This document shows positions 36,805-50,400 of a DNA stretch of 64,000 bases, one piece after another. This DNA is from Macrostomum hystrix (taxonomy: Eukaryota > Animalia > Platyhelminthes): assembly GCA_950097015.1 (NCBI GenBank), contig CATNEN010000039.1, forward strand, positions 10,230,001 through 10,294,000. The letters run 5' to 3'. Each line of letters opens with the position of its first letter. Position 1 is the first letter of the stretch. The notes under the pieces are model-generated. The model did no database searches, was not told the DNA's origin, and worked only from the letters and a program-made list of their open reading frames with translations. The translations under genes and the position numbers were made by a program.

Positions 36805-39407
36805 CTCCACCGCCGCCGCCTCCTCCTCCTCCTCCATCGCCAATCATCGCACTGATTCGATCGAACATCGAGTTGCCGGTGGACTTTGAGCTGCCACCGC
36901 CGCCGCCGCTGCCGCTACCAGCGCCGCCGCTGCCGCCAACGCCCCCGCCAGCGATGCCCTGGCGCCGACGGTCCAGCTTGAGCTTCAACTGAGCCATCAG
37001 GTCTAGGCCGCCGCCACCGCTAGAGCCTCCACCCGCACGCGTGCCTCCATCGACTTCGTCAGCTGCGCCGCCGCCAACATCAACAGCCTCGCGGTAGTCG
37101 CGCAATTGCCGCTTCTTAGCCAGTTTGCGCTCCTTCACGGAACGCAGGCGGGCATTCTCGGCGCCGCCGGCCCGTCTGATGGCGTCCAGTAGGTTGGCCC
37201 GGCCGGAGCCGCCAGAGTCGTCGACAACGCCGGGAGCTTGAGACGAAGGCGGCGGAGGCGGCGGTGGCGGAGGCGGCGGTGGTGGCGGAGGCGGCGGTGG
37301 TGGCGGAGGCGGCGGAGGCGGAGCCGCAGAATGCACTGATGTCGGTGGAGGCGGCGGTGGAGGCGGCGGCGGAGGCGGCGGCACTGCGGCTGCAATCGAG
37401 GAGGCGGACGCCGCAGTCGCAGCCGCAGCAGATCCGGTAGGCAGTGGCGGTGGCAGCTCGCCGAGCGATGATAGCAGGATGATATTGTCAGCATCGGAGG
37501 GCGCAATACCCGGTCCTAGGTCGCCGCTGTAGGCGACATTCTCGGCGACGCCGCGAAGCTGTGGCAGCATGGACGGCAGGCTGTCGAGGTCCGGCACAGC
37601 GCCAAGGCTGGGCATGTAGAGCAGCGAGCCGCCGTCTGGGCGATAAAGCCGATCGCCGATTCGGATGGAGTCGGGTGCCTCGCCTGGACCGGCCTTCAAA
37701 GAGTCGTCGTCGATGCCGGCGTCGCGTCGGGTTCTGGTGACGACGCCCAGAGGGTCGATCAGGGTGTAGCGCTTGTAGGGGTTCTCGGCGGTGTTGAAAA
37801 GCAGCAGGCTGCTCAGCGAGGTGAGGCTCGACGGCAACCGGCCTAGGCCTTCCTCCCTCACCGTGGCTTCGATGTCTGCGTCTGTTGAACCGCCACCAGC
37901 GGCAGCTGCTGATGCGTTTCGACTTGGAGGCCGCAGGCTTACCTGGGTGAGAAAAGAACAGCTGCGAATTTTATTAGGTTTAGGAGGGCAAAGGGCATTG
38001 ACTCCCTCGGGCTCGGGAGGGCATTGACTCCCTCAGGCTCAGGAGGGCATTGACTCCCTCGGGCTCGGGAGGGCATTGACTCCCTCAGGCTCAGGAGGTC
38101 ATTGACTCCCTCGGGCTCGGGAGGGCATTGACTCCCTCAGGCTCAGGAGGGCATTGACTCCCTCGGGCTCGGGAGGGCATTGACTCCCTCAGGCTCAGGA
38201 GGTCATTGACTCCCTCGGGCTCGGGAGGGCATTGACTCCCTCAGGCTCAGGAGGGCATTGACTCCCTCGGGCTCGGGAGGGCATTGACTCCCTCAGGCTC
38301 AGGAGGGCATTGACTCCCTCGGGCTCGGGAGGACATTGACTCCCTCGGGCTCGGGAGGGCATTGACTCCCTCGGGCTCAGGAGGGCATTGACTCCCTCAG
38401 GCTCAGGAGGGCATTGACTCCCTCAGGCTTGGGAGGGCATTGACTCCCTCGGGCTCGGGAGGGCATTGACTCCCTCAGGCTTAGGAGGGCATTGACTCCC
38501 TCGGGCTCAGGAGGGCATTGACTCCCTCGGGCTCGGGAGGGCATTGACTCCCTCGGGCTCGGGAGGACATTGACTCGAATGATCCTGACTCAAACCTGCA
38601 TGAAGTGGCGCATCTCCATCAGAACCGACTCATTCAGAGCCTCCCGCTGGCTCCGTACCAGACGGGCCACGGTCAGCAGTCCGCGCTCCGCCTCGGTCAG
38701 GCCGGCGAATGGCGACTGAAAGGAAGAGGCGTTGGCGGAGCCAGCCGCCACCGGATACTTCGGCGAGGCGAACACCTGGAGCGGAGGAAGATTTTAGGAT
38801 TAGTAAGATTTAAGCCTTACAACCAATGCGCACAAGACACTACTATCGAATCCAAATCAGCAGTAGCATCGAGTGCGCACCTGCACAGCCCGAGTTGTGC
38901 CCTTCAGCGAGTCGATCTTGGCCTGACAGGCGGCCGCGCGTCTTCGCATAGCTGCGCAGGCCGCCAACTGCTCGGCAACCCTGCAGAGTGAGACGGGAAT
39001 CACCTGGTCTGGGGGCCAACACTGGAATTGGCAACCTAGCTCACGACTTATCTCCCTAGTGCAACACTTTCTTTTAAGCCTCCCTACTTTACAGCTACAT
39101 CCACCTTCTCGCCCTCTCCCTCCACCTTCTCGCCCTCTCCCTCCACCTTCTCGCCCTCTCCCTCCACCTTCTCGCCCTCTCCCTCCACCTTCTCGCCCTC
39201 TCCCTCCACCTTCTCGCCCTCTCCCTCCACCTTTTCGCCCTCTCTCTCAGCCTCTGCATCGCACCTGGACTCGAGCCGGCCAAACACGGTATCGGCCACG
39301 GACTCCAAGCAGGCGAGAGAGTCGGCAGTCTGCACCAGAAGCTCTTCGTGACGCAGCTGGGCAGATGGAAGCTGAACTTGCAGCTTGTCCAATGGCTGGC
39401 CAAGCAT
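36740..39407 (-). CDS. WASHC1: WASH complex subunit 1 (WASH1), Arp2/3 nucleation-promoting factor
   Basis: Phase-consistent exons 39407-39265, 38980-38881, 38775-38596, 37942-36740. WHD motifs LRHEE..QTADSL..L, AKIDSLKG..AVQVFASPKYP and SLLLFNTAENPYKRY...DPLG; poly-Pro; WH2 GRANLLDAIRRAGG...LRSVKERK; central DLMAQLKLKLDRRRQGIAG; acidic end EEDDWD. Confidence 0.96.
37994..38576. repeat. Intronic 26-bp minisatellite (gggcattgactccctcgggctcggga)
   Basis: Fills intron 37943-38595. Confidence 0.95.
39100..39245. repeat. Intronic 21-bp minisatellite (ccaccttctcgccctctccct)
   Basis: About 7 tandem units. Confidence 0.9.
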
Positions 39408-39606
39408 TTTATTGGCTATGAACTGCAGCCAATGGCGTGAAACGGAGACCAACTTTCTAAACTTTTATGATGTTTTTTCTGTGGCTAATATTGCGTGCTG
39501 AAATGATTGCGTTTACACATTTCTTATTACATTCCCCAGACTGCCCTACTTAAGGATTTAGGATAATTGGCTGTCTATAGCTTGAGGATTCGACACAAAT
39601 TTCTGC

Positions 39607-40919
39607 GGAATCTGAGAACATGGGATAATTAGCTGCCGAATCTGAGAACATGGGATAATTAGCTGCAGAATCTGAGAACATGGGATAATTAGCTGCAGAA
39701 TCTGAGGATCTGGGATAATTAGCTGCAGAATTTGAGAACATGGGATAATTAGCTGCAGAATCTGAGAACATGGGATAATTAGCTGCAGAATCTGAGGATC
39801 TGGGATAATTAGCTGCAGAACCCGAGGATCTGGGATAATTAGCTGCAGAACCCGAGGATCTGGGATAATTAGCTGCAGAATATGACAACATGGGATAATT
39901 AGCTACAGAATCTGAGAACATGGGATAATTAGCTGCCGAATCTGAGAACATGGGATAATTAGCTGCAGAATCTGAGAACATGGGATAATTAGCTGCAGAA
40001 TCTGAGAACATGGGACAATTAGCTGCGGAATCTGAGGATCTGGGATAATTAGCTGCAGAATCTGAGGATCTGGGATAATTAGCTGCAGAATCTGAGGATC
40101 TGGGATAATTAGCTGCAGAATCTGAGAACATGGGATAATTAGCTACAGAATCTGAGAACATGGGATAATTAGCTGCAGAATCTGAGAACATGGGATAATT
40201 AGCTGCAGAATCTGAGAACATGGGATAATTAGCTGCAGAATCTGAGGATCTGGGATAATTAGCTGCAGAATATGACAACATGGGATAATTAGCTACAGAA
40301 TCTGAGAACATGGGATAATTAGCTACAGAATCTGAGAACATGGGAAAATTAGCTGCAGAATCTGAGAACATGGGATAATTAGCTGCAGAATCTGAGAACA
40401 TGGGATAATTAGCTGTAGAACCCGAGGATCTGGGATAATTAGCTACAGAATCTGAGAACATGGGATAATTAGCTACAGAATCTGAGAACATGGGAAAATT
40501 AGCTGCAGAATCTGAGAACATGGGATAATTAGCTGCAGAATCTGAGGATCTGGGATAATTAGCTGCAGAATCTGAGGATCTGGGATAATTAGCTGCAGAA
40601 TATGACAACATGGGATAATTAGCTACAGAATCTGAGAACATGGGATAATTAGCTGCAGAATCTGAGAACATGGGATAATTAGCTGCAGAATCTGAGAACA
40701 TGGGATAATTAGCTGCAGAATCTGAGAACATGGGATAATTAGCTGCAGAATCTGAGAACATGGGATAATTAGCTGCAGAATCTGAGAACATGGGATAATT
40801 AGCTGCAGAATCTGAGAACATGGGATAATTAGCTACAGAATCTGAGAACATGGGATAATTAGCTGCAGAATCTGAGAACATGGGATAATTAGCTGCAGAA
40901 TCTGAGAACATGGGATAAT
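39607..40919. repeat. 30-bp minisatellite (agctgcagaatctgagaacatgggataatt)
   Basis: About 44 tandem units upstream of the WASH1 start codon. Confidence 0.95.
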
Positions 40920-41315
40920 GATGGCATCACGATCTGGGACGCCAGCTTACAAACACCAGGACCCTGTTAAGAAATTTTTCCCATGCTAAAATGATTGTCA
41001 CAAAAGTTTGACTAATAATCTAGGTGTTAACAGCACTTTTAGATTTATATTTGCAACACTTTGGACTTTTAGGATAGCTCACGCTTTTTAACGTAGCAAA
41101 AGGCAGCAAAAGACATCATCATAAAGTATAGAAAACATGGCAGGTCAAAAATGTTGTAATTTATAACACAGTAATCGGTCTCACTATAGTTTATACAGTA
41201 ATCATTGTTGGCAAAATAAGTTATTCTGCAGTAAGTAATTTCAATTGGTGGTGCAGTTGAGGCACATGATCAGCAGATATTGTTTTTTAACTTTAATTAT
41301 TTCATGATCGGAAAA

Positions 41316-41658
41316 ATGAGACGGGGGAGAGATGAGACAGGGGTGAGATTAAACAGCGGAGAGATGAGACAGCGGAGAGATGAGACAGGGGAGAGATAAG
41401 ACAGGGGAGAGATGAGACAAAGGAGAGATGAGACTGGGGAGAGATGAGACATGGCAGAGATTAGACAAGGCAGAGATGAGACAAAGGAGAGATAAGACGG
41501 GAGAGATGAGACAGTGGAGAGATGAGACGGGGCTGAGATGAGACGGCATAGAGGAGACAGGGGTGAGATGAGACAGGGGAGAGATGAGACAGTGGAGAGA
41601 AGAGACGGGGCTGAGATGAGACGGCATAGAGGAGGCAGGGGAGAGATGAGACAGTGGA
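41316..41658. repeat. Degenerate GA-rich ~17-bp repeat (ggagagatgagacag)
   Basis: Tandem low-complexity units. Confidence 0.85.
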
Positions 41659-42589
41659 GGGCAGTTATGTTTACTGTTGCCAGTACAAAGCTCTGACGGC
41701 TAGTTAGAAAATCTAAAAGTTAGTTTATTATTTCGTTTGTGAAACACACGATGGAAAATTGAAAGAGTTAGAAAATTCGATAAGTATAGGTGATTTGTGA
41801 TACAGGGATGAGAATAAAAACAAATATCAATAAAGAACAAGTGAATGGTTTGTTAGCACAGCTAGTGAAACAAATTCATAAAATGGAACAGTTAAAAACA
41901 CTTGGTTATGCACACGTGTAAAGGCAGTTTAGTGCTCAAAGTTCTCTAGTTTGAGTTTGCTCATAGCAGCATCAGACAGGTGGGTCCAGAAAAAAGCTGT
42001 GTTTCTTACCAAAGTTAATAGATAATAATAAAAAGAACTAACAAATAGAATGCGATCGATAGAGAATCAGCAAATTCAATTGATAAGAGTTCAATTGTTA
42101 AAACTAGCTGCCCCAGGTAAAAGGCCAGATATTTCATCACAATAAGCAAATAACTCAATGAAATTTCCTGAATTTTCGTGATACCTTTTTTCAATATTCT
42201 TATTCAATCCATTTCAACAATGGGATCTGCCAAAAATAATAATCAAAACATAAATATTTGATTTAATCACTAGCACACTCATAATCAAACAACATGTAAA
42301 CAGTAGTTAAAGATAATAATATGCTAATATAGTACACACACAGCACAGAGAATAACAATGAACAATGAGCAAAATTATAAGCTACGTGCAATGGTGTTTG
42401 GTAATGTTAAAAACTGATTTATAAAATATGAAACTAGCTAAACAATGAATACAGTGGAAATTTACTTTTTTTGAAGTGATTAGTTTCAATCAAAGACTTA
42501 TTCTTATAAATTTAGAATATACATTTACTTACTTTTTCCCATTAGAACGCGGTATTTTATCTTATTTTCTGATACTATTGTTCTTGTCC

Positions 42590-44192
42590 TAATATAGTTC
42601 TTGCACATTCCCTGTTTGTTCCAAATATAGTTCTTGCACATTCCCTGTTAGTTCCAAATATTGTTCTTGCACATTCCCTGTTTGTTCCAAATATTGTTCT
42701 TGCACATTCCCTGTTAGTTCCAAATATTGTTCTTGCACATTCCCTGTTTGTTCCAAATATTGTTCTTGCACATTCCCTGTTTGTTCCAAATATAGTTCTT
42801 GCACATTCCCTGTTTGTTCCAAATATAGTTCTTGCACATTCCCTGTTTGTTCCAAATATAGTTCTTGCACATTCCCTGTTTGTTCCAAATATAGTTCTTG
42901 CACATTCCCTGTTTGTTCCAAATATAGTTCTTGCACATTCCCTGTTTGTTCCAAATATTGTTCTTGCACATTCCCTGTTAGTTCCAAATATTGTTCTTGC
43001 ACATTCCCTGTTTGTTCCAAATATTGTTCTTGCACATTCCCTGTTAGTTCCAAATATTGTTCTTGCACATTCCCTGTTTGTTCCAAATATTGTTCTTGCA
43101 CATTCCCTGTTTGTTCCAAATATAGTTCTTGCACATTCCCTGTTTGTTCCAAATATAGTTCTTGCACATTCCCTGTTTGTTCCAAATATAGTTCTTGCAC
43201 ATTCCCTGTTTGTTCCAAATATTGTTCTTGCACATTCCCTGTTTGTTCCAAATATAGTTCTTGCACATTCCCTGTTTGTTCCAAATATTGTTCTTGCACA
43301 TTCCCTGTTAGTTCCAAATATTGTTCTTGCACATTCCCTGTTTGTTCCAAATATTGTTCTTGCACATTCCCTGTTAGTTCCAAATATTGTTCTTGCACAT
43401 TCCCTGTTTGTTCCAAATATTGTTCTTGCACATTCCCTGTTTGTTCCAAATATTGTTCTTGCACATTCCCTGTTTGTTCCAAATATAGTTCTTGCACATT
43501 CCCTGTTTGTTCCAAATATAGTTCTTGCACATTCCCTGTTTGTTCCAAATATAGTTCTTGCACATTCCCTGTTTGTTCCAAATATAGTTCTTGCACATTC
43601 CCTGTTTGTTCCGAATATTGTTCTTGCACATTCCCTGTTTGTTCCAAATATTGTTCTTGTACATGCCCTGTCCATTTCAAATGTTGTTCTTGTACATTCC
43701 CTGTCCATTTCAAATATTGTTCTTGTACATTCCCTGTTTGTTCCAAATATTTTTCTTGTACATGCCCTGTCCATTTCAAATATTGTTCTTGTACATGCCC
43801 TGTCCATTTCAAATATTGTTCTTGTACATGCCCTGTCCATTTCAAATATTGTTCTTGTACATGCCCTGTCCATTTCAAATATTGTTCTTGTACATGCCCT
43901 GTCCATTTCAAATATTGTTCTTGTACATGCCCTGTCCATTTAAAATATTGTTCTTGTACATGTCCTGTCTATTTCAAATGTTGTTCTTGTACATTCCCTG
44001 TTTGTTCCAAATATTGTTCTTGTACATGCCATGTCCATTTCAAATGTTGTTCTTGTACATTCCCTGTTTGTTCCAAATATTGTTCTTGTACATGCCATGT
44101 CCATTTCAAATATTGTTCTTGTACATGCCATGTCCATTTCAAATATTGTTCTTGTACATGCCCTGTCCATTTCAAATATTGTTCTTGTACAT
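42590..44192. repeat. 33-bp minisatellite (ttcttgcacattccctgtttgttccaaatattg grading into ttcttgtacatgccctgtccatttcaaatattg)
   Basis: Tandem units. Confidence 0.95.
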
Positions 44193-44411
44193 GAGGGGAG
44201 ATCAGACAGAAGAGATAAGCCAGGGGAGAGATTATTCTTGTACATGTCCTGTTGTGGCTTAAAGACAAGGAAATAATAGCTTCACAGCGCAATGAGTCAG
44301 ACAAAAATGTTAGTAAAAAGCAACTCATTTCACTTAGCTAAAACAGAATTAAGAGAAACAAATATTATAAACTACAAAACTCAGATTTCCTAAGGGAACA
44401 TTAAAGGAAAT

Positions 44412-47400
44412 TTACTCGTCGCAGTTCCGGTATTCTTTCATAATGATGCGGAACCGACCGGCATTGACTGGGTCGGCCAGCACGTGAAGGGTGAACTTAG
44501 CCTCGTTCTGCAGGTGGCCCACCATCTGCAAATGGATTTGCGATTCTGTTACAGTAAACAAGGGGATTGCGGCTGGCGGGGTGCACATTGGGGTGGATGG
44601 TTAGCTGGCGGGGTGAGGGAGTGTGTACATTGGGGTGGATGGTTAGCTGGCGGGGTGAGGGAGTGTGTACATTGGGGTGGATGGTTAGCTGGCGGGGTGA
44701 GGGAGTGTGTACATTGGGGCGGACGGTTAGCTGGCGGGGTGAGGGAGTGTGTACATTGGGGCGGACGGTTAGCTGGCGGGGTGAGGGAGAGTGTATATTG
44801 GGGTGGATGGTAAGCTAGCGGGGTGAGGGAGTGTGTACATTGGGGTGGATGGTTAGCTGGCGGGGTGAGGGAATGTGTACATTGGGGTGGATGGTTAGCT
44901 GGCGGGGTGAGGGAGTGTGTACATTGGGGCGGACGGTTAGCTGGCGGGGTGAGGGAATGTGTACATTGGGGCGGACGGTTAGCTGGCGGGGTGAGGGAGT
45001 GTGTACATTGGGGCGGACGGTTAGCTGGCGGGGTGAGGGAGTGTGTACATTGGGGCGGACGGTTAGCTGGCGGGGTGAGGGAGTGTGTACATTGGGGCGG
45101 ACGGTTAGCTAGCGGGGTGAAGGAGTGTGTACATCGGGATGGATTGTTGACTGGCGGGGTGAGGGAGTGTGTACATTGGGGCGGACGGTTAGCTGGCGGG
45201 GTGAGGGAGAGTGTATATTGGGGTGGATGGTAAGCTAGCGGGGTGAGGGAGTGTGTACATTGGGGTGGATTGTTGACTGGCGGGGTGAGGGAGTGTGTAC
45301 ATTGGGGCGGACGGTTAGCTGGCGGGGTGAGGGAGTGTGTACGTTGGGGTGGATGGTAAGCTAGCGGGGTGAGGCAGTGTGTACATTGGGGCGGACGGTT
45401 AGCTGGCGGGGTGAGGGAGTGTGTACATTGGGGCGGACGGTTAGCTGGCGGGGTGAGGGAGTGTGTACATTGGGGCGGACGGTTAGCTGGCGGGGTGAGG
45501 GAGAGTGTATATTGGGGTGGATGGTAAGCTAGCGGGGTGAGGGAGTGTGTACATTGGGGTGGATTGTTGACTGGCGGGGTGAGGGAGTGTGTACATTGGG
45601 GTGGATGGTTAGCTGGCGGGGTGAGGGAATGTGTACATTGAGGTGGATGGTTAGCTGGCGGGGTGAGGGAATGTGTACATTGGGGTGGATGGTTAGCTGG
45701 CGGGGTGAGGGAGTGTGTACATTGGGGCGGACGGTTAGCTGGCGGGGTGAGGGAATGTGTACATTGGGGCGGACGGTTAGCTGGCGGGGTGAGGGAGTGT
45801 GTACATTGGGGCGGACGGTTAGCTGGCGGGGTGAGGGAGTGTGTACATTGGGGCGGACGGTTAGCTGGCGGGGTGAGGGAGTGTGTACATTGGGGCGGAC
45901 GGTTAGCTGGCGGGGTGAGGGAGTGTGTACATTGGGGTGGATTGTTGACTGGCGGGGTGAGGGAGTATGTTTACTAGGCCAGATCGGTGCCCACCTCGTC
46001 GCTGATGCACACAGTGATGTCACCGGGTCCGTAAACCAGAATCTGAGTAATCTTATCGCTGTCGGACTGAAACAGGCTTGTGACCTTGGCAAACAGCTCC
46101 AGGTAGGTGAGCTGATTCAGATACACCGGATGGAACACTGTCAAGTGAAAATAGAGGTTGAAGTTAGTTTTCTAGTACTAAAGCGACCGGCACGAAATTT
46201 GCATATGGAAGAAATCGAACTCGTGACCAATTGTTTTAGCATTTTTCAGGGAGAGGTACAAAAAATGACAATGCTTAAAATTTCATGACTATAAAACACA
46301 AAATTTCTCTAATATTACATTTGAATAAAATTATATAATAGCTTGAAGAGACTAATCATTATAAATTCTTAACGGCTAAAATTACGAAGGAAACCGGTGC
46401 GTGCAAATGATGCGAAAGACCCATCAATCCCATCCTTCAGACCCAACAAACCCATCCTCCAGACTCATCAATCCCATCCTCCAGACCCAATCAAACCCAT
46501 CCTCCAGACCCATCAAGCCCATCCTCCAGACCAATCAAGCCCATCCTCCAGACCCATCAAGCCCCATCCTCCAGACCCTTGAAACCCATCTCACGCGCAC
46601 CGTTCTCAGTCTCCTGGCCAACGTAGAACACGAGGCGGGCCCTGCAGGGCCGTTGCATGAGGGCGTTGCAGAGCCGAATTCCGTCGCTGATGCCGCAGAT
46701 TTCAATGAGATCCGAGCGCGACAATTGCAGCATGTCAGCGCCGTTGAAGTGCTGAAATGCGCGCAGCAGGCCGGAATGAAACCGGCTGCGCTCCAACCAG
46801 TCGGACACCTGCTGCGAACTGCTGGTCTGCGACAGTGGCCCGGGCGACAAGGGCGACGAATTCAAGCCGAGGTCCGAGGTATCGCCGCCTCCGCCTCTGA
46901 CTATGCCAGTGGTCTCCGGTGTCTGGTGACCCCCACAATCGCTGCCTGCACCGCCGGCGCCGACAAGGCTAGACGAAGATTCGTGCGAGTGCCGCGAGAC
47001 TGACGTTGTAGCATTAGCGTTGACAGCGGAAGCAGCGCCAACGCTGCGACTCACAGCGACCGCCTCCTGCTTGCTGGGAAGTGGCAGAAACAATTCCACA
47101 TAATTCATGTCCTTCAGGGCCAGCTCCGTCACTCCGATTCACTCCCTGTCACTCTGATTCACTTCCTGTCACTCTGATTCACTTCCTGTCACTCTGATTC
47201 ACTTCCTGTCACTCCGATTCACTTCCTGTGATTTCGATTCCCTTCCTGTGATTTCGATTCCCTTCCTGTCACTCCGATTTTCCTTTCCTGTCACTCTGAT
47301 TCACTTCCTGTCACTCTGATTCACTTCCTGTCACTCTGATTCATTTCCTGTCACTCTGATTCACTTCCTGTCACTCCGATTCACTCCCTGTCACTCTGAT

Positions 47401-50400
47401 TCACTTCCTGTCACTCTGATTCATTTCCTGTCACTCTGATTCACTTCCTGTCACTCCGATTCACTTCCTGTGATTTCGATTCCCTTCCTGTGATTTCGAT
47501 TCCCTTCCTGTCACTCCGATTTTCCTTTCCTGTCACTCTGATTCACTTCCTGTCACTCTGATTCACTTCCTGTCACTCCGATTCACTCCCTGTCACTCTG
47601 ATTCACTTCCTGTCACTCTGATTCATTTCCTGTCACTCTGATTCACTTCCTGTCACTCCGATTCACTTCCTGTGATTTCGATTCCCTTCCTGTGATTTCG
47701 ATTCCCTTCCTGTCACTCCGATTTTCCTTTCCTGTCACTCTGATTCACTTCCTGTCACTCTGATTCACTTCCTGTCACTCTGATTCATTTCCTGTCACTC
47801 TGATTCACTTCCTGTCACTCCGATTCACTTCCTGTCACTCTGATTTACTTCCTGTCACTCTGATTCACTTCCTGTCACTCTGATTCACTTCCTGTCACTC
47901 TGATTCACTACCTGTCACTCCGATTCACTTCCTGTCACTCCGATTTTCCTTTCCTGTCATTCCGATTCACTTCCTGTCACTCCGATTTTCCTTTCCTGTC
48001 ATTCCGATTCACTTCCTGTCACTCCGATTTTCCTTTCCTGTCACTCCGATTCACTTCCTGTCACTCCGGTTTTCCTTTCCTGTCACTCTGATTCACTACC
48101 TGTCACTCCGATTCACTTACTGTCACTCCGATTCACTTACTGTCACTCCGATTCACTTACTGTCACTCCGATTCACTTCCTGTGACTCCGATTTTCCTTT
48201 CCTGTCACTCTGATTCACTACCTGTCACTCCGATTCACTTACTGTCACTCCGATTCACTTACTGTCACTCCGATTCACTTACTGTCACTCCGATTCACTT
48301 CCTGTCACTCCGATTTTCCTTTCCTGTCACTCTGATTCACTACCTGTCACTCCGATTCACTTCCTGTCACTCCGATTGACTCCCTGTCACTCCGATTCAC
48401 TTCCTATCACTCCGATTCACTCCGATTGACTCCCTGTCACTCCGATTCACTTCATGTCGGAGTGAATAAAAGGAGTGACATGTCCTTTTCTCTTCCTTGT
48501 CCCTCTAATTTTTTTGCTGACTGTTTTCTAATCCGATCTCTAAAGGAAACATGTCAAGACACGGTAAGTTGTTTAAACTGTAATCTAGAAATTGTTTAAG
48601 AAATTAGCCTCATCAACAACGTGCCTCGTGACGCTAGACGCGAAGGCGGAGTCATGTGAGACGAGCCCCAAACGCACACGAAGAGATGCTCACGGATGCG
48701 GAGAAACCGACTTTATTTGCAGCTCAAGTTTCATTTTCAATGCTTAAAGTCATGAGTGCGTGTGACTTCCGCCAAAATATTTTCAGAAGACTGGCGCTTT
48801 CAAATCGGGGGCTAACTAGAATTTTTCTTGCAAATATGTTCCAGAATAAAAACAAACAAGCACTGTTCGCAACGAGAATTGTAAAATTGAATTAGAGAAC
48901 GAGTTGTATCGAAAAACCATCGGAAAGAGCGGATCTAGAATAGCAGCAAGTTTTGTAAAACTTTGTGTGTGTGAAATCGGAGCAGATTGTGCATCTGGAA
49001 TCGCAGCAGGGGCTGCAACTAGAATCGCAGCAGATCGTGAATGTGTAATCGCCGCAAGCGTTTTCACTGGAATCGCAGATTCGAAGCAAGAGTTTTCACT
49101 GGAATCGCAGCAAGCGTTTTCACTGAAATCGCAGCAAGCGTTTTCACTGGAATCGTAGCAAGCGTTTTCACTGGAATCGTAGCAAGCGTTTTCACTGGAA
49201 TCGCAGCAAGCGTTTTCACTGGAATCGTAGCAAGAGTTTTCACTGGAATCTCAGCAAGCGTTTTTATTGAAATCGCAGCAAGCGTTTTTACTGGAATCGT
49301 AGCAAGAGTTTTCCCTATAATCGCAGCAAGCTTTTTCACTGGAATCGCAGCAAGAGTTTTCACTAGAACCGCAGCAAGCGATTCCACTGGAATCTCAGTA
49401 AGCGTTTTCACTGGAATCTCAGCAAGCGTTTTCACTGGAATCTCAGCAAGCGTTTTCACTGGAATCGCAGCTAGAGTTTTCACTGGAATCGCAGCAAGCG
49501 TTTCCACTGGAGTCTCAGCAAGAGTTTTCACTAGAATTGCAGCAAGCTTTTTCACTGGAATCGCAGCAAGAGTTTTCACTAGAATCACAGCAAGCGATTC
49601 CACTGGAATCTCAGCAAGCGTTTTCACTGGAATCTCAGCAAGCGTTTTCACTGGAATCTCAGCAAGCGTTTTCACTGGAATCGCAGCTAGAGTTTTCACT
49701 GGAATCGCAGCAAGCGTTTCCACTGGAATCTCAGCAAGAGTTTTCACTAGAATCGCAGCAAGCGTTTCCACTGGAATCTCAGTAAGCATTTTCACTGCAA
49801 TCTCAGCAAGCGTTTTCACTGGAATCTCAGTAAGCGTTTTCACTGGAATCTCCGCAAGCGTTTTCGCTGGAATCGCAGCAAGCGTTTCCACTGGAATCTC
49901 AGCGAGCGTTTTTACTGGAATCTCAGCAAGCATTTTCACTGGAATCGCAGCAAGCGTTTTCGCTGTAATCGCAGCAAGCGTTTTTACTGGAATCGTAGCA
50001 AGATTTTTCCCTATAATCGCAGCAAGCGTTTCCACTGGAATCTCAGCAAGCGTTTTCACTGGAATCTCCGCAAGCGTTTTCGCTGGAATCGCAGCAAGCG
50101 TTTCCACTGGAATCTCAGCAAGCGTTTTCACTGGACTCTCAGCTAGAGTTTTCACTGGAATCGCAGCAAGCGTTTTCGCTGGAATCGCAGCAAGCGTTTT
50201 TACTGGAATCGTAGCAAGATTTTTCCCTATAATCGCAGCAAGCGTTTCCACTGGAATCTCAGCAAGCGTTTTCACTGGAATCTCAGCAAGCGTTTGCACT
50301 AGAATCGCAGCAAGCGTTTTCACTGGAATCTCCGCAAGCGTTTTCACTGGAATCGCAGCAAGCGTTTTTACTGGAATCGTAGCAAGATTTTTCCCTATAA

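Noticed and set aside
39550-43939. 453, 454 and 440 aa repetitive ORFs
   Set aside because: These are 30- and 33-bp minisatellites open in several frames, with no domain content or supporting gene structure.
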